DNA of 62,155 bases, counting the filler. It is 5 parts of 5 records of this genome, joined end to end, with 100 filler letters (N's around TTAATTAATTAA, not from the genome) between each part and the next. Parts side by side here need not be neighbours in the genome. Positions count along the whole stretch, not along the records: positions 1 to 17,557 come from SRR20825019_2914; 4 more parts are not named here. The stretch is one strand, 5' to 3'. Positions 1-8,987 of this stretch are shown here, piece after piece. Both the position numbers and the translations under genes were made by a program. Numbering within the stretch: position 1 is the first letter of the stretch; each line of letters starts with the position of its first letter. The notes under the pieces are model-generated. The model did not search any database. It saw only the letters and a program-made list of their open reading frames with translations, and had not been told where the DNA came from.

Positions 1-27
1 CGCTCTAGCCAACTGAGCTAATCCCCC
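1..27 (-). tRNA. 5' fragment of a tRNA, probably tRNA-Ala (truncated by the window edge)
   Basis: Reverse complement is GGGGGATTAGCTCAGTTGGCTAGAGCG, an acceptor strand plus D-arm typical of tRNA-Ala. The anticodon lies outside the window. Confidence 0.75.
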
Positions 28-84
28 AAAGAGAGCGCAAAGGAAATACTTTTTTCCCAAAGTATCAAAAATTGAGCCCTTTCC

Positions 85-882
85 TTAATCTTTTTTAACG
101 CTGAGTACCAATACCGGTATCTTTACGAAGAACTCCGACTTCTGAATCGTGTTCTTTTCCCATAGTTTTTTAAAGAATCCACGCTTTCTGCGGAACACGC
201 ACAACATGTCCGGATGCTCTTTTTGGAAATACTCCGTCACCCCTAAATACGTGGTACCGTTTTCTGTAATCGTCAATTGTGAGCTCAAATCCATCAAAGC
301 TGTGTTCACTTTAAGATCGTCCTCGGTATAGCCGGGTCTCTTTACCAACAAGAGACTGACTTCTGATCTAAACTTGTTCTTGATCATGATCAATGGGGTC
401 AAAATACTGCTCCGTTTTAAAATTCCCGACCCAAAAGCCGTCAATATTTTCTTGACAGGTTTAAACGTTGTTCCTTTAGGAACGATCAAGGTTGGGATTT
501 CCGTCTGCTTTATTATTCTACCGGAGGTGTTGCCCAAGTAAAGTTCCTCCTGTATATCGTTACTTTTTGGAGCTATAATGATCAAGTCAATACCAAGTTC
601 TTTATTGATGCTCTTTAATCCATCGATGATGTCACCATTGTAAGTGGCCAATTTTATTTCGACCCCTTTCGTGTCTACCTGATCAATAACTTCCTTTAAA
701 TGTTCCTTACTGCTTTTGGCTACTTTTTCTTCCACATTGGCCAAACTTCCTACGGCTGTGGTTACATTAAATACGTCCATTACATAGATTTGAGCCCCAA
801 AATTGGATGCAAAATCAACGGCGTATTGCAATGTTTGATGAGAATCTGGAGAAGTTCCAATAGGTACAAGTATATTGTTCAT
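85..882 (-). CDS. universal stress protein (USP family)
   Basis: Starts MNNILVPIG at ATG 882. Contains DLIII and YLGNTSGRIIKQTEIPTLIVP USP motifs in a tandem arrangement. Confidence 0.85.
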   Translation of the reverse strand: MNNILVPIGTSPDSHQTLQYAVDFASNFGAQIYVMDVFNVTTAVGSLANVEEKVAKSSKEHLKEVIDQVDTKGVEIKLATYNGDIIDGLKSINKELGIDLIIIAPKSNDIQEELYLGNTSGRIIKQTEIPTLIVPKGTTFKPVKKILTAFGSGILKRSSILTPLIMIKNKFRSEVSLLLVKRPGYTEDDLKVNTALMDLSSQLTITENGTTYLGVTEYFQKEHPDMLCVFRRKRGFFKKLWEKNTIQKSEFFVKIPVLVLSVKKD

Positions 883-935
883 GGTTTGGTGATTACGATT
901 AAACCTTAAATTTACAATTAAATTGAAACGAATCA

Positions 936-1436
936 ATGATAAGACGCGCAAAGATATCTGAAATCCCCGATATCTTGACCATTACCCAAGCCTGTGCCAA
1001 AAAAATGCAAGAGAACGGCATTTTTCAATGGAACGAACACTATCCTTCCAGATTGGCTTTCGAAAAAGATATAGAGCGCAACGAGCTATTCGTGATCGAA
1101 GAAAGCCATGTCATCCAGGGCACTATCGTCATATCCACATTAATGGATGAGGAATACAAACCCATAAAATGGCTGACCCCCAACGGAAATAGCACGTACA
1201 TTCATCGGCTTTCCGTCCATCCAGAACTTCAAGGAAAGGGCTTGGCCCAAGAAATGATGGATTTTGCAGAAAATTATTCCAGGAAAAATAATTTCGAGTC
1301 GGTGCGGCTGGATACTTTTTCACTGAATAAAAGAAACCAGCGTTTTTACGAGCAAAGAGGGTATCAAAAACTTGGTGATATCTATTTCCCCAAACAAAGC
1401 CAGCATCCTTTTCATTGTTATGAATTAGTGCTGTAA
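936..1436 (+). CDS. GNAT family N-acetyltransferase
   Basis: Acetyl-CoA motif IHRLSVHPELQGKGLA; C-terminal NQRFYEQRGY. Confidence 0.9.
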   Translation: MIRRAKISEIPDILTITQACAKKMQENGIFQWNEHYPSRLAFEKDIERNELFVIEESHVIQGTIVISTLMDEEYKPIKWLTPNGNSTYIHRLSVHPELQGKGLAQEMMDFAENYSRKNNFESVRLDTFSLNKRNQRFYEQRGYQKLGDIYFPKQSQHPFHCYELVL

Positions 1437-1448
1437 CTTGCGCCCGAT

Positions 1449-2783
1449 TTGAGCACGCAGGTAAATTTTAAGAGCATCAACCAACTGGCCATTCCCGCCA
1501 CTATCTCGGGAATTGCGGAACCTATTCTCTCCATAACGGATACCGCCATCGTGGGCAACATTCCCGTGGACGGGTTGGAGTCGTTGGCAGCAGCGGGAAT
1601 CGTGGGTTCCTTTTTGTCCATGCTCATTTGGGTGCTCGGTCAAACACGAAGCTCCATTTCCGCCATCATTTCCCAGTACTTGGGCGCCGGACGGTTAACA
1701 GAGGTAAAAGATTTGCCGGCACAGGCTATTTTCTTCAACATTCTGCTCAGTATCGTGGTCCTTTTATCCACTGTTTTCCTTATAGAAGAAATCTTTGCCC
1801 TGTTCAACGCATCCGGTAAAATTCTAGAGTACTGTATATCCTATTATGCCATTAGGGTGTGGGGCTTTCCGCTTACACTTTTCACCTTTGCTGTTTTCGG
1901 GATATTTCGTGGATTGCAGAATACTTTTTACCCCATGGTCATTGCCATGTTGGGTGCAGGCCTCAACATTTTACTGGATTTTGTTCTTGTTTATGGTATC
2001 GATGGATGGGTGCCCGCCCTTTACTTGGAAGGAGCCGCTTGGGCAAGCTTGATATCGCAAGCTATCATGGCCATTATCGCCCTTGTCCTATTATTGAAAA
2101 AGACGGAAATCAGCATGAAACTGGTTTTTCCGCTCAATAAAGAAATGAAGCGTGTGGTATTTATGAGCCTAAACCTCTTTGTGCGCACGCTTGCCCTCAA
2201 CGCCGCACTCATGCTTGCCGTACGCGAGGCCACCACCTTGGGCGACCAGTTCATAGGGGCACATACCATTGCCATCAACCTTTGGTTGTTCTCCGCTTTC
2301 TTTATTGATGGATTTGCCGCCGCAGGAAACAGTATGGGCGGAAGACTGCTCGGTGCCCAAGACTATAACGGTCTTTGGGAATTGGCCAAAAAAATAATGA
2401 AGTATGGCACGATTGTAAGCCTTGGACTTATGGCGTTCGGATTTATTTTTTATAGGCCCATTGGCCGGATTTTTTCCAACGAAACCGTGGTACTGGACAC
2501 CTTCTACAACATTTTTTACATTGTAATCATCGGTTTGCCGATGAATACGTTGGCCTTTGTTTTTGATGGGCTTTTCAAGGGAATGGGCGAAATGAAGTAT
2601 TTAAGGAACGTACTGTTGGCCGCCACCTTATTGGGGTTCATTCCATGCCTCTATCTGGGCATTTATCTAGGTTGGGGGCTATATGCCATTTGGATTGCAT
2701 TTGTGGTCTGGATGATGATTCGTGGATTTTCCCTGGTCTGGAAATTTAGGATAAAATTCCAACCCTTGGTACAAAACCCTTAA
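1449..2783 (+). CDS. MATE family efflux transporter (DinF-like)
   Basis: 444 aa, about 12 TM helices, N-terminal PILSITDTAIVG MATE motif. Confidence 0.9.
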   Translation: MSTQVNFKSINQLAIPATISGIAEPILSITDTAIVGNIPVDGLESLAAAGIVGSFLSMLIWVLGQTRSSISAIISQYLGAGRLTEVKDLPAQAIFFNILLSIVVLLSTVFLIEEIFALFNASGKILEYCISYYAIRVWGFPLTLFTFAVFGIFRGLQNTFYPMVIAMLGAGLNILLDFVLVYGIDGWVPALYLEGAAWASLISQAIMAIIALVLLLKKTEISMKLVFPLNKEMKRVVFMSLNLFVRTLALNAALMLAVREATTLGDQFIGAHTIAINLWLFSAFFIDGFAAAGNSMGGRLLGAQDYNGLWELAKKIMKYGTIVSLGLMAFGFIFYRPIGRIFSNETVVLDTFYNIFYIVIIGLPMNTLAFVFDGLFKGMGEMKYLRNVLLAATLLGFIPCLYLGIYLGWGLYAIWIAFVVWMMIRGFSLVWKFRIKFQPLVQNP

Positions 2784-2832
2784 TTTAGTGCTCACGGAAT
2801 ACAGGTTTACAACAACTGATAACTGAAAATAA

Positions 2833-3600
2833 ATGTCCACCCATAGAATCAACGGCAGCCTATACACCAAAATTGAAAACAAGGTAGCGACCATAGAATT
2901 TGGTCACCCTGCAAGCAATTCCTTTGTTTCCGAACTTTTGGTGCGGCTTACGAAGGAGTTTGATAAAGTGGGCAAAAACGATGACGTTTCTGTAATCGTG
3001 TTAAAGTCCGAAGGAGAACGGGCTTTTTGTGCCGGAGCCTCTTTTGATGAATTAGTGGCAGTTTCCAATCTGGAAGAGGGGAAGGCGTTTTTTAGTGGTT
3101 TTGCAAACATCATCAATGCCATGCGCAAGTGTCCCAAGCCGATTATTGGACGAGTACAGGGCAAAACTGTTGGTGGCGGTGTCGGCTTGGCATCGGCCTG
3201 CGATTATGTGCATGCAACGGTAGAAGCAGCCATCAAATTATCGGAAATATCCATAGGAATAGGCCCGTTCGTCATTGCCCCGGCCGTAGAGCGCAAAATG
3301 GGCAAAGCCGCTTTGGCCGAGCTCACTTTGTATCCCACCGAGTGGAAAAATGCCTATTGGGCCAAAGAACAAGGCTTATATGCCAAAGTGTACGATTCCA
3401 TTGCCGAAATGGACAGGGAACTGGAAATCCATGTTCAAAAACTGGCCACCTATAACCCCGAAGCTCTGGAAAAAATGAAGAAAGTTCTTTGGGAAGGAAC
3501 CGAACATTGGGACGACCTATTGTTGGAACGTGCTGAAGCATCCGGAAAGTTGGCACTATCGCCAAATACCAAAAAAGCATTGGAGAAGTTTAAAAAATAA
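2833..3600 (+). CDS. enoyl-CoA hydratase/isomerase family protein
   Basis: Crotonase motifs AFCAGASF and KPIIGRVQGKTVGGGVGL. Confidence 0.9.
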   Translation: MSTHRINGSLYTKIENKVATIEFGHPASNSFVSELLVRLTKEFDKVGKNDDVSVIVLKSEGERAFCAGASFDELVAVSNLEEGKAFFSGFANIINAMRKCPKPIIGRVQGKTVGGGVGLASACDYVHATVEAAIKLSEISIGIGPFVIAPAVERKMGKAALAELTLYPTEWKNAYWAKEQGLYAKVYDSIAEMDRELEIHVQKLATYNPEALEKMKKVLWEGTEHWDDLLLERAEASGKLALSPNTKKALEKFKK

Positions 3601-3608
3601 AAGCAGTT

Positions 3609-3701
3609 ATGAATGATTTGATTTTTCCCATATTGGCCCTTTTTGTAGTCGTGGTGTATGTAGTCAATAGAATACGTAGCAATCGTCGTTACAAAAAATA
3701 A
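3609..3701 (+). CDS. putative 30-aa single-pass membrane microprotein (not in the ORF track)
   Basis: MNDLIFPILALFVVVVYVVNRIRSNRRYKK*: hydrophobic stretch then basic tail; ATG lies 8 nt after the upstream stop. Confidence 0.5.
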   Translation: MNDLIFPILALFVVVVYVVNRIRSNRRYKK

Positions 3702-3729
3702 TATATAAAATATATATTTTATATATTTG
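3700..3729 (+). promoter_or_regulatory. perfect 28-bp palindrome (putative antitoxin operator) overlapping a Bacteroidetes -7 promoter element
   Basis: AATATATAAAATATATATTTTATATATT (3700-3727) is its own reverse complement. TATATTTG (TAnnTTTG) at 3722-3729 lies about 30 nt upstream of the antitoxin ATG. Confidence 0.6.
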
Positions 3730-3758
3730 CTGGTATATAATTTGAGAGACCACGTTTT

Positions 3759-4019
3759 ATGGAACATGTCAAAAAACTCATTGAAGTCGATAAGTCACTG
3801 GTAGTAAAACTCAAAGTGCTTTCCGCTTTTGAAAACTTGAGCGTTAAGGCCTTGATGGAAAAGGCCGTGGTCGAGTATGTGAAAAACAAGGAGCTGGAGC
3901 GTTTTGAAAAGCTATCAGAAGAAGAGAAGGAAGACCTTGGTCTTCTACTTTTGATGCAGCAAACAGACAAAGAAGACTTTGTCAGTGAGGAAGTTGTCTT
4001 TAAAATTCTTGATGAATGA
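3759..4019 (+). CDS. putative type II antitoxin (ribbon-helix-helix-like N-terminus, acidic C-terminus)
   Basis: 86 aa, strand-helix-helix pattern (KKLIEVDKSLVVKLKVLSAFENLSVKALMEKAV), acidic tail, ATGA overlap with the toxin. Confidence 0.7.
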   Translation: MEHVKKLIEVDKSLVVKLKVLSAFENLSVKALMEKAVVEYVKNKELERFEKLSEEEKEDLGLLLLMQQTDKEDFVSEEVVFKILDE

Positions 4020-4282
4020 AAATCAAATATCATAAATCACTTGAAAAAGATTTAAGAAAGATTAATGATAAAAAGATAAAGCAAAAATTGAAGCTCATCA
4101 TTCTCGAAATCAAAGAAGCTGAGGTTTTGGACGAGCTTAAGTCCGTCAAGAAGTTAGCAGGACACCCGAATGCCTTCAGAATAAGAGTCGGTACATACCG
4201 ACTTGGTTTTTATTACGAAAACAATACCTTAATATTGTCTCGTTTTGTAAAACGAAATGACATATATAAACTTTTTCCTTAG
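4016..4282 (+). CDS. type II toxin, RelE/StbE/ParE family
   Basis: 88 aa, basic; KKLAGHPNAFRIRVGTYRL and KRNDIY RelE motifs. Confidence 0.85.
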   Translation: MKIKYHKSLEKDLRKINDKKIKQKLKLIILEIKEAEVLDELKSVKKLAGHPNAFRIRVGTYRLGFYYENNTLILSRFVKRNDIYKLFP

Positions 4283-4287
4283 ACCCA

Positions 4288-5055
4288 TTGGACAATATTT
4301 CACTTCCTAAAGGCAAAAAAATCTATTTCGCGAGCGATAACCACCTAGGGGCTCCCACCCGAAAGGACAGTCTGCCCCGTGAGAAAAAATTTGTGGCCTG
4401 GCTGGATTCCATTAAGAAGGATGCTGCGGCCATTTTTTTAATGGGCGACCTTTTTGATTTTTGGTTCGAGTATAAAACCGTGGTGCCCAAAGGCTTTACA
4501 CGAACGCTTGGCAAACTGGCCGAACTATCGGATATGGGCATTCCCATTACTTATTTTGTGGGCAACCATGATCTTTGGATGAACGGATATTTTGAAGAGG
4601 AACTGAATATCCCGGTGTACCATAAACCGCAGCAGTTCCTCATCAATGACACTTCCTTTTTTATTGGGCACGGTGATGGATTGGGTCCACATGACAAGGG
4701 TTTTAAACGGATGAAAAAGGTATTTACCAATCCAGTGGCCCAGTGGTTTTTTAAATGGCTTCACCCCGATTTAGGTGTTCGTTTGGGACAGCATCTGTCC
4801 GTAAACAACAAAATTATTTCTGGCGAAGCGGACGCTAAATTTTTAGGAGAGGATAAGGAATGGCTCATTCTGTATGCCAAGCGCAAGTTGGAAGAGCAAC
4901 ATTTTGACCATTTTATATTTGGTCATCGTCATTTACCGTTGGAAATCAAACTGAACGATACCTCGACCTATACCAATCTCGGGGATTGGATTTCCTATTT
5001 TACCTACGCTGTTTTTGATGGAGAAAAATTGACTTTGGAGAAACTGGAAGATTAG
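4288..5055 (+). CDS. lpxH: UDP-2,3-diacylglucosamine diphosphatase
   Basis: Metallophosphoesterase motifs SDNHLG, GDLFDFW, GNHD, HGDG, GHRH and NLGDW. Confidence 0.85.
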   Translation: MDNISLPKGKKIYFASDNHLGAPTRKDSLPREKKFVAWLDSIKKDAAAIFLMGDLFDFWFEYKTVVPKGFTRTLGKLAELSDMGIPITYFVGNHDLWMNGYFEEELNIPVYHKPQQFLINDTSFFIGHGDGLGPHDKGFKRMKKVFTNPVAQWFFKWLHPDLGVRLGQHLSVNNKIISGEADAKFLGEDKEWLILYAKRKLEEQHFDHFIFGHRHLPLEIKLNDTSTYTNLGDWISYFTYAVFDGEKLTLEKLED

Positions 5056-6311
5056 TCTTCCTTTTCGTGCTCTTCAATGTCTTTTTGAAGGTCCAATCGC
5101 CTAAATGTGGGGGAAGCAATTGCTGTTGCACTTACGGTGAGCAACGTCATGCATCCACCAAAGACCACCGCTGTTACAGTTCCCATTAGTTTGGCCGTCA
5201 ACCCACTTTCAAAAGCTCCCAACTCGTTGGAGGAACCTACGAACATAGAATTTACCGAAGCTACCCTACCGCGCATATTGTCCGGTGTTTTTATTTGCAA
5301 AATGGTCTGTCGAATGATCATCGAGATACCATCCACTGCCCCACTTACAAACAAAGCGATCACGGATAACCAAAAAAGTTCCGACAACCCGAAGACGATA
5401 ATACAGATTCCAAAGGCAAAGACCGCCATCAATAACTTTTTACCAGCATTTTTATGCAAGGGAAACCTAGTTGAGCCCAACATGGTAATAGATGCCCCTA
5501 CCGCGGGGGCAGCCCGTAAAATCCCGAAGCCTTCGGAACCCACGTGCAAAATATCTTGAGCATAAACAGGCAAAAGCGCCACGGCCCCACCAAAAAGTAC
5601 GGCGATCATGTCCAAAGTAAGTGCCCCAAAAATGGCCTTGTTCCCAAAAACAAACTTGAGTCCATCCTTCAAACTTTGAAAAACAGGCTCCCCGATTTTA
5701 GGGTTCATAATGGGTTTTGGGGGGATTTGGAAGAGGAAAATCAACGCCATCAACGAGAAACCAAAAATGACGCACATGCTCCAATGCACTCCGATCCAAC
5801 TAATGGAAAAACCGGCCAAGGCAGGCCCCAAAACCGATGCCAACTGCCAAGTGGAACTGCTCCAAGTGGCCGCATTCGGATATATTTTCTTCGGAACGAT
5901 CAAAGCAATCAACGAAAATATGGTCGGGCCCAAAAACGAGCGAACAAATCCTCCCAAAAACACCAGGGCATAAATGGAGTACAGTATGGTGGTGGATTCC
6001 CATGAATCTTCCAATCCGGGCCAGCTCAATACAAACAATCCGAAGCTTATCACCGAGAACCCGGCGATACAGACCACCAAAAGGTTCCGTTTTTCCTTTT
6101 GGTCCACAATGTGACCTGCGAAGAGGGCCATGCTCACGGCAGGTACCACCTCCATCAAACCGATTATACCCAAAGAAAGCGGGTCCTTGGTCAAGGAATA
6201 TACTTGCCATTCAATTACGATAAACTGCATGGACCATGCGAAAACCATGGCAAAACGCACCAATAAAAATATGTTGAATTCCTTATAGCGAAGTGCTGCG
6301 TAGGGGTCCAT
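5052..6311 (-). CDS. MFS transporter
   Basis: 419 aa, about 12 TM helices, GHIVDQKEKR and PDNMRGRV motifs. Confidence 0.88.
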   Translation of the reverse strand: MDPYAALRYKEFNIFLLVRFAMVFAWSMQFIVIEWQVYSLTKDPLSLGIIGLMEVVPAVSMALFAGHIVDQKEKRNLLVVCIAGFSVISFGLFVLSWPGLEDSWESTTILYSIYALVFLGGFVRSFLGPTIFSLIALIVPKKIYPNAATWSSSTWQLASVLGPALAGFSISWIGVHWSMCVIFGFSLMALIFLFQIPPKPIMNPKIGEPVFQSLKDGLKFVFGNKAIFGALTLDMIAVLFGGAVALLPVYAQDILHVGSEGFGILRAAPAVGASITMLGSTRFPLHKNAGKKLLMAVFAFGICIIVFGLSELFWLSVIALFVSGAVDGISMIIRQTILQIKTPDNMRGRVASVNSMFVGSSNELGAFESGLTAKLMGTVTAVVFGGCMTLLTVSATAIASPTFRRLDLQKDIEEHEKED

Positions 6312-6317
6312 AAATAG

Positions 6318-8006
6318 CTAGCGAATATCTCTTAATTTTAGTTGAAGGCTTACCGTTCCGTTCCATTCATTTTCATCCAACGAAAATACGGCATCGAATG
6401 GTTTTATTCGCTTAACCACATCCAATTTATCGCCCAAATTAAATCCTATGCCACCAATAGGTTCCGAACCTAGTTGATAGAGGCTGCATTTTAAGTGTTT
6501 CTCGCCTTCGCCAACTCCACGGGCATACCCCGTATCCTTTAATCCTTCGGCCATAAAAACGGGGGTCATGTTGCCGGGACCAAATGGTGCAAATTGTTTT
6601 AGAATACGCATCAGTTTTGGGGTAATCTGGTCCATTTGAATTTTGGCATCAATGGAAATTTCGGGCTGCAAGAGTTTTGGGTCGATGGTTTCAGAAACCA
6701 CCCTTTCAAACTGGCTCTTGAACGTTTCATACTGCTCTTCCAACAACGTGAGTCCCGCTGCATACATGTGACCGCCGAACTGCTCTAAACAATCTGAACA
6801 TCCCTCCAGGGCATTGTAGATATCAAACCCTTTGACCGATCTTGCGGAAGCTGCCAATTTATCCCCGCTTTTGGTGAAGACCAAAGTTGGCCGGTAATAT
6901 GTTTCTGTCAATCGTGATGCTACAATACCGATTACACCTTTGTGCCAGTTTTCGTTATAGACCACTGAGGTAAACTTCTCCTCCTCTTTATTTTCTTGGA
7001 TTTGCACTAAAGCTTCCTGTGTGATTTCTTGGTCCAAACTTCTCCGTTCTGTGTTGAACAGTTCAATTTCAGAAGCAAACTGTTGTGCCTGGGCAAAGTT
7101 GGTTTCGGTGAGTAAGTTTACGGCATGTTGTCCATGCTTCATGCGTCCGGCCGCATTGATTCGTGGGGCAATGATAAAAACCACATCCGTGATGGTAAGC
7201 TCCCTTTTTTTGGTCTGATCAATTAATGCCTTGATTCCTGTTCTTGGATTTTCGTTGATGACCATTAACCCGTAATAAGCGAGCACACGATTCTCCCCGG
7301 TAATAGGAACAATATCGGCAGCAATGGCAGTTGCCACTAAATCCAAATAAAGCAAAATATCATCGATGGTATTTCCCCACTTGGTACTCAACGCTTGAAT
7401 CAATTTAAAGCCAACGCCACAACCGCAAAGTTCCTTGTAAGGATAGTCGCAATCGTGCTGTTTGGGATCTAACACCGCAATTGCATCTGGAAGTTCTGCT
7501 CCTGGTCGGTGGTGATCGCAAACGATAACATCGATGCCTTTTTCCTTGGCATATTTTATCTGGTCAATGGCCTTGATGCCGCAATCCAGCGCTATAATCA
7601 AAGACATGTCGTTGTCCGAGGCAAAATCAATGCCTTTTAAGGAAATGCCGTAACCTTCCAAATAACGGTCGGGAATGTAGGTGGCCACATTGGGGTAGGT
7701 TTCCATCAAATAGGCGCTCATTAGCGCAACGGATGTGGTCCCATCTACATCGTAATCTCCATAGACCAAAATGTTCTCTCCTTTGTTGATGGCTTCTTCA
7801 ATCCGTTCCACTGCTTTGCGCATGTCCTTCATCAAAAAAGGATCGTGCAGATGATTCAACTCGGGCCGGAAGAATGCTTTCGCCTCTTCGTAATTGGTTA
7901 TTCCCCTTTGAATTAGGAGCTGCGCTACCAAATCATCAACGCCCAATGCTTTGGACAATTGGTCAATGAATTCTTGTTCCGGTTTTGGCTTTATGGTCCA
8001 GCGCAT
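6318..8006 (-). CDS. recJ: single-stranded-DNA-specific exonuclease RecJ
   Basis: GDYDVDG, DHH, PRINAAGR and FGGH motifs. Confidence 0.95.
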   Translation of the reverse strand: MRWTIKPKPEQEFIDQLSKALGVDDLVAQLLIQRGITNYEEAKAFFRPELNHLHDPFLMKDMRKAVERIEEAINKGENILVYGDYDVDGTTSVALMSAYLMETYPNVATYIPDRYLEGYGISLKGIDFASDNDMSLIIALDCGIKAIDQIKYAKEKGIDVIVCDHHRPGAELPDAIAVLDPKQHDCDYPYKELCGCGVGFKLIQALSTKWGNTIDDILLYLDLVATAIAADIVPITGENRVLAYYGLMVINENPRTGIKALIDQTKKRELTITDVVFIIAPRINAAGRMKHGQHAVNLLTETNFAQAQQFASEIELFNTERRSLDQEITQEALVQIQENKEEEKFTSVVYNENWHKGVIGIVASRLTETYYRPTLVFTKSGDKLAASARSVKGFDIYNALEGCSDCLEQFGGHMYAAGLTLLEEQYETFKSQFERVVSETIDPKLLQPEISIDAKIQMDQITPKLMRILKQFAPFGPGNMTPVFMAEGLKDTGYARGVGEGEKHLKCSLYQLGSEPIGGIGFNLGDKLDVVKRIKPFDAVFSLDENEWNGTVSLQLKLRDIR

Positions 8007-8055
8007 AGTTTTAAAAGTTCAAGTGCAAAATTCAAGCTTAAGCTCAAATTTCCAG

Positions 8056-8406
8056 TTACTTCTTCCTTTTGATTACGGTAGCAGTGATTTTAATCAATTG
8101 TTCAATTTCATCCAATAAACCAATGCAAACTCCTTCATTGCCATAGTTTATCTTTTTCAGAATCTTTAGGCTTACCCTCGATTCTTTCAATTCCCTTAAT
8201 GTAATGGTAGCCCTATAAACAAAATCTTTGTTGGTGTTTGTTCCTTGAGCCTATCCAAAGTTCAAAGCAGCACTTCCAGCGGAACGAAGTAATTGATTTC
8301 CGTAATATTGTCCTGTAAAATCGTTGGATAAATCGTGGCAAAAAGTAGCGATACTGGCTGCCAAATCCACAAATCGTTCCTCTAGATCGAATTTCTTTTC
8401 GTTCAT
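8056..8406 (-). pseudogene. four-helix-bundle protein (TIGR02436 / 23S-IVP-like) with an internal TAG
   Basis: MNEKKFDLEERFVDLA...NQLLRSAGSAALNFG*AQGTNTNKDF...LRELKES...IIKRKK-like end. The TAG at 8251-8253 (codon 52) replaces the usual Glu of N(Y/F)GEAQ, and the frame continues to TAA at 8056. Confidence 0.8.
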
Positions 8407-8509
8407 ATTTTAAAAATTGATCTTGAGGTTGACCTAATTCTTAAATATAATTGATTATTTGGTAATTGAACTTGTGTTTTGTTCTTGAGCCTGTTCCTTT
8501 GTTTGCCTC

Positions 8510-8932
8510 CTATTTATGATGAAAAATGGTCTTGATGTCCAATTCGGCAAATTTTCTGAACATTTCCATAACGCCGCAATATTTTTCAACGGAAAGGTCT
8601 ACCGCTTTTTTAAGCTTGTCCTCGTTTAAGTTGGCACCGGTAAAATGATACTCGATTACTACGGAATTATAATATTTCGGATGTTCGTCGGTAAGGTTGG
8701 CTATGGTCTCTATCTTAAAGTCGTCCACTTCCAATTTCATCTTTTTAATGAGCGAGGCCACATCCAAACCCGAACAACCTGCCAAAGATGACAACATTAG
8801 GGCCTTGGGACGCAACCCTGCTCCCGACCCGCCACTATCTTCACCGGCATCGATTCGTACAGTATGTCCAGATGGATTGTTGCTCTCAAAAGCCATCTCT
8901 CCCAACCATTTGGTAGTTATGTGATTTGTCAT
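8510..8932 (-). CDS. OsmC family protein
   Basis: Starts MTNHITTKW; cysteine motifs RPKALMLSSLAGCSG and EKYCGV. Confidence 0.88.
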   Translation of the reverse strand: MTNHITTKWLGEMAFESNNPSGHTVRIDAGEDSGGSGAGLRPKALMLSSLAGCSGLDVASLIKKMKLEVDDFKIETIANLTDEHPKYYNSVVIEYHFTGANLNEDKLKKAVDLSVEKYCGVMEMFRKFAELDIKTIFHHK

Positions 8933-8987
8933 GACGTTTAATTTTTGTTTCTTGTAGAGTCCAAAAATACAATTTATAATCGCAATC

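Noticed and set aside
8056..8406. Diversity-generating retroelement (Avd-like fold)
   Set aside because: No reverse transcriptase or TR/VR repeat pair is present nearby.
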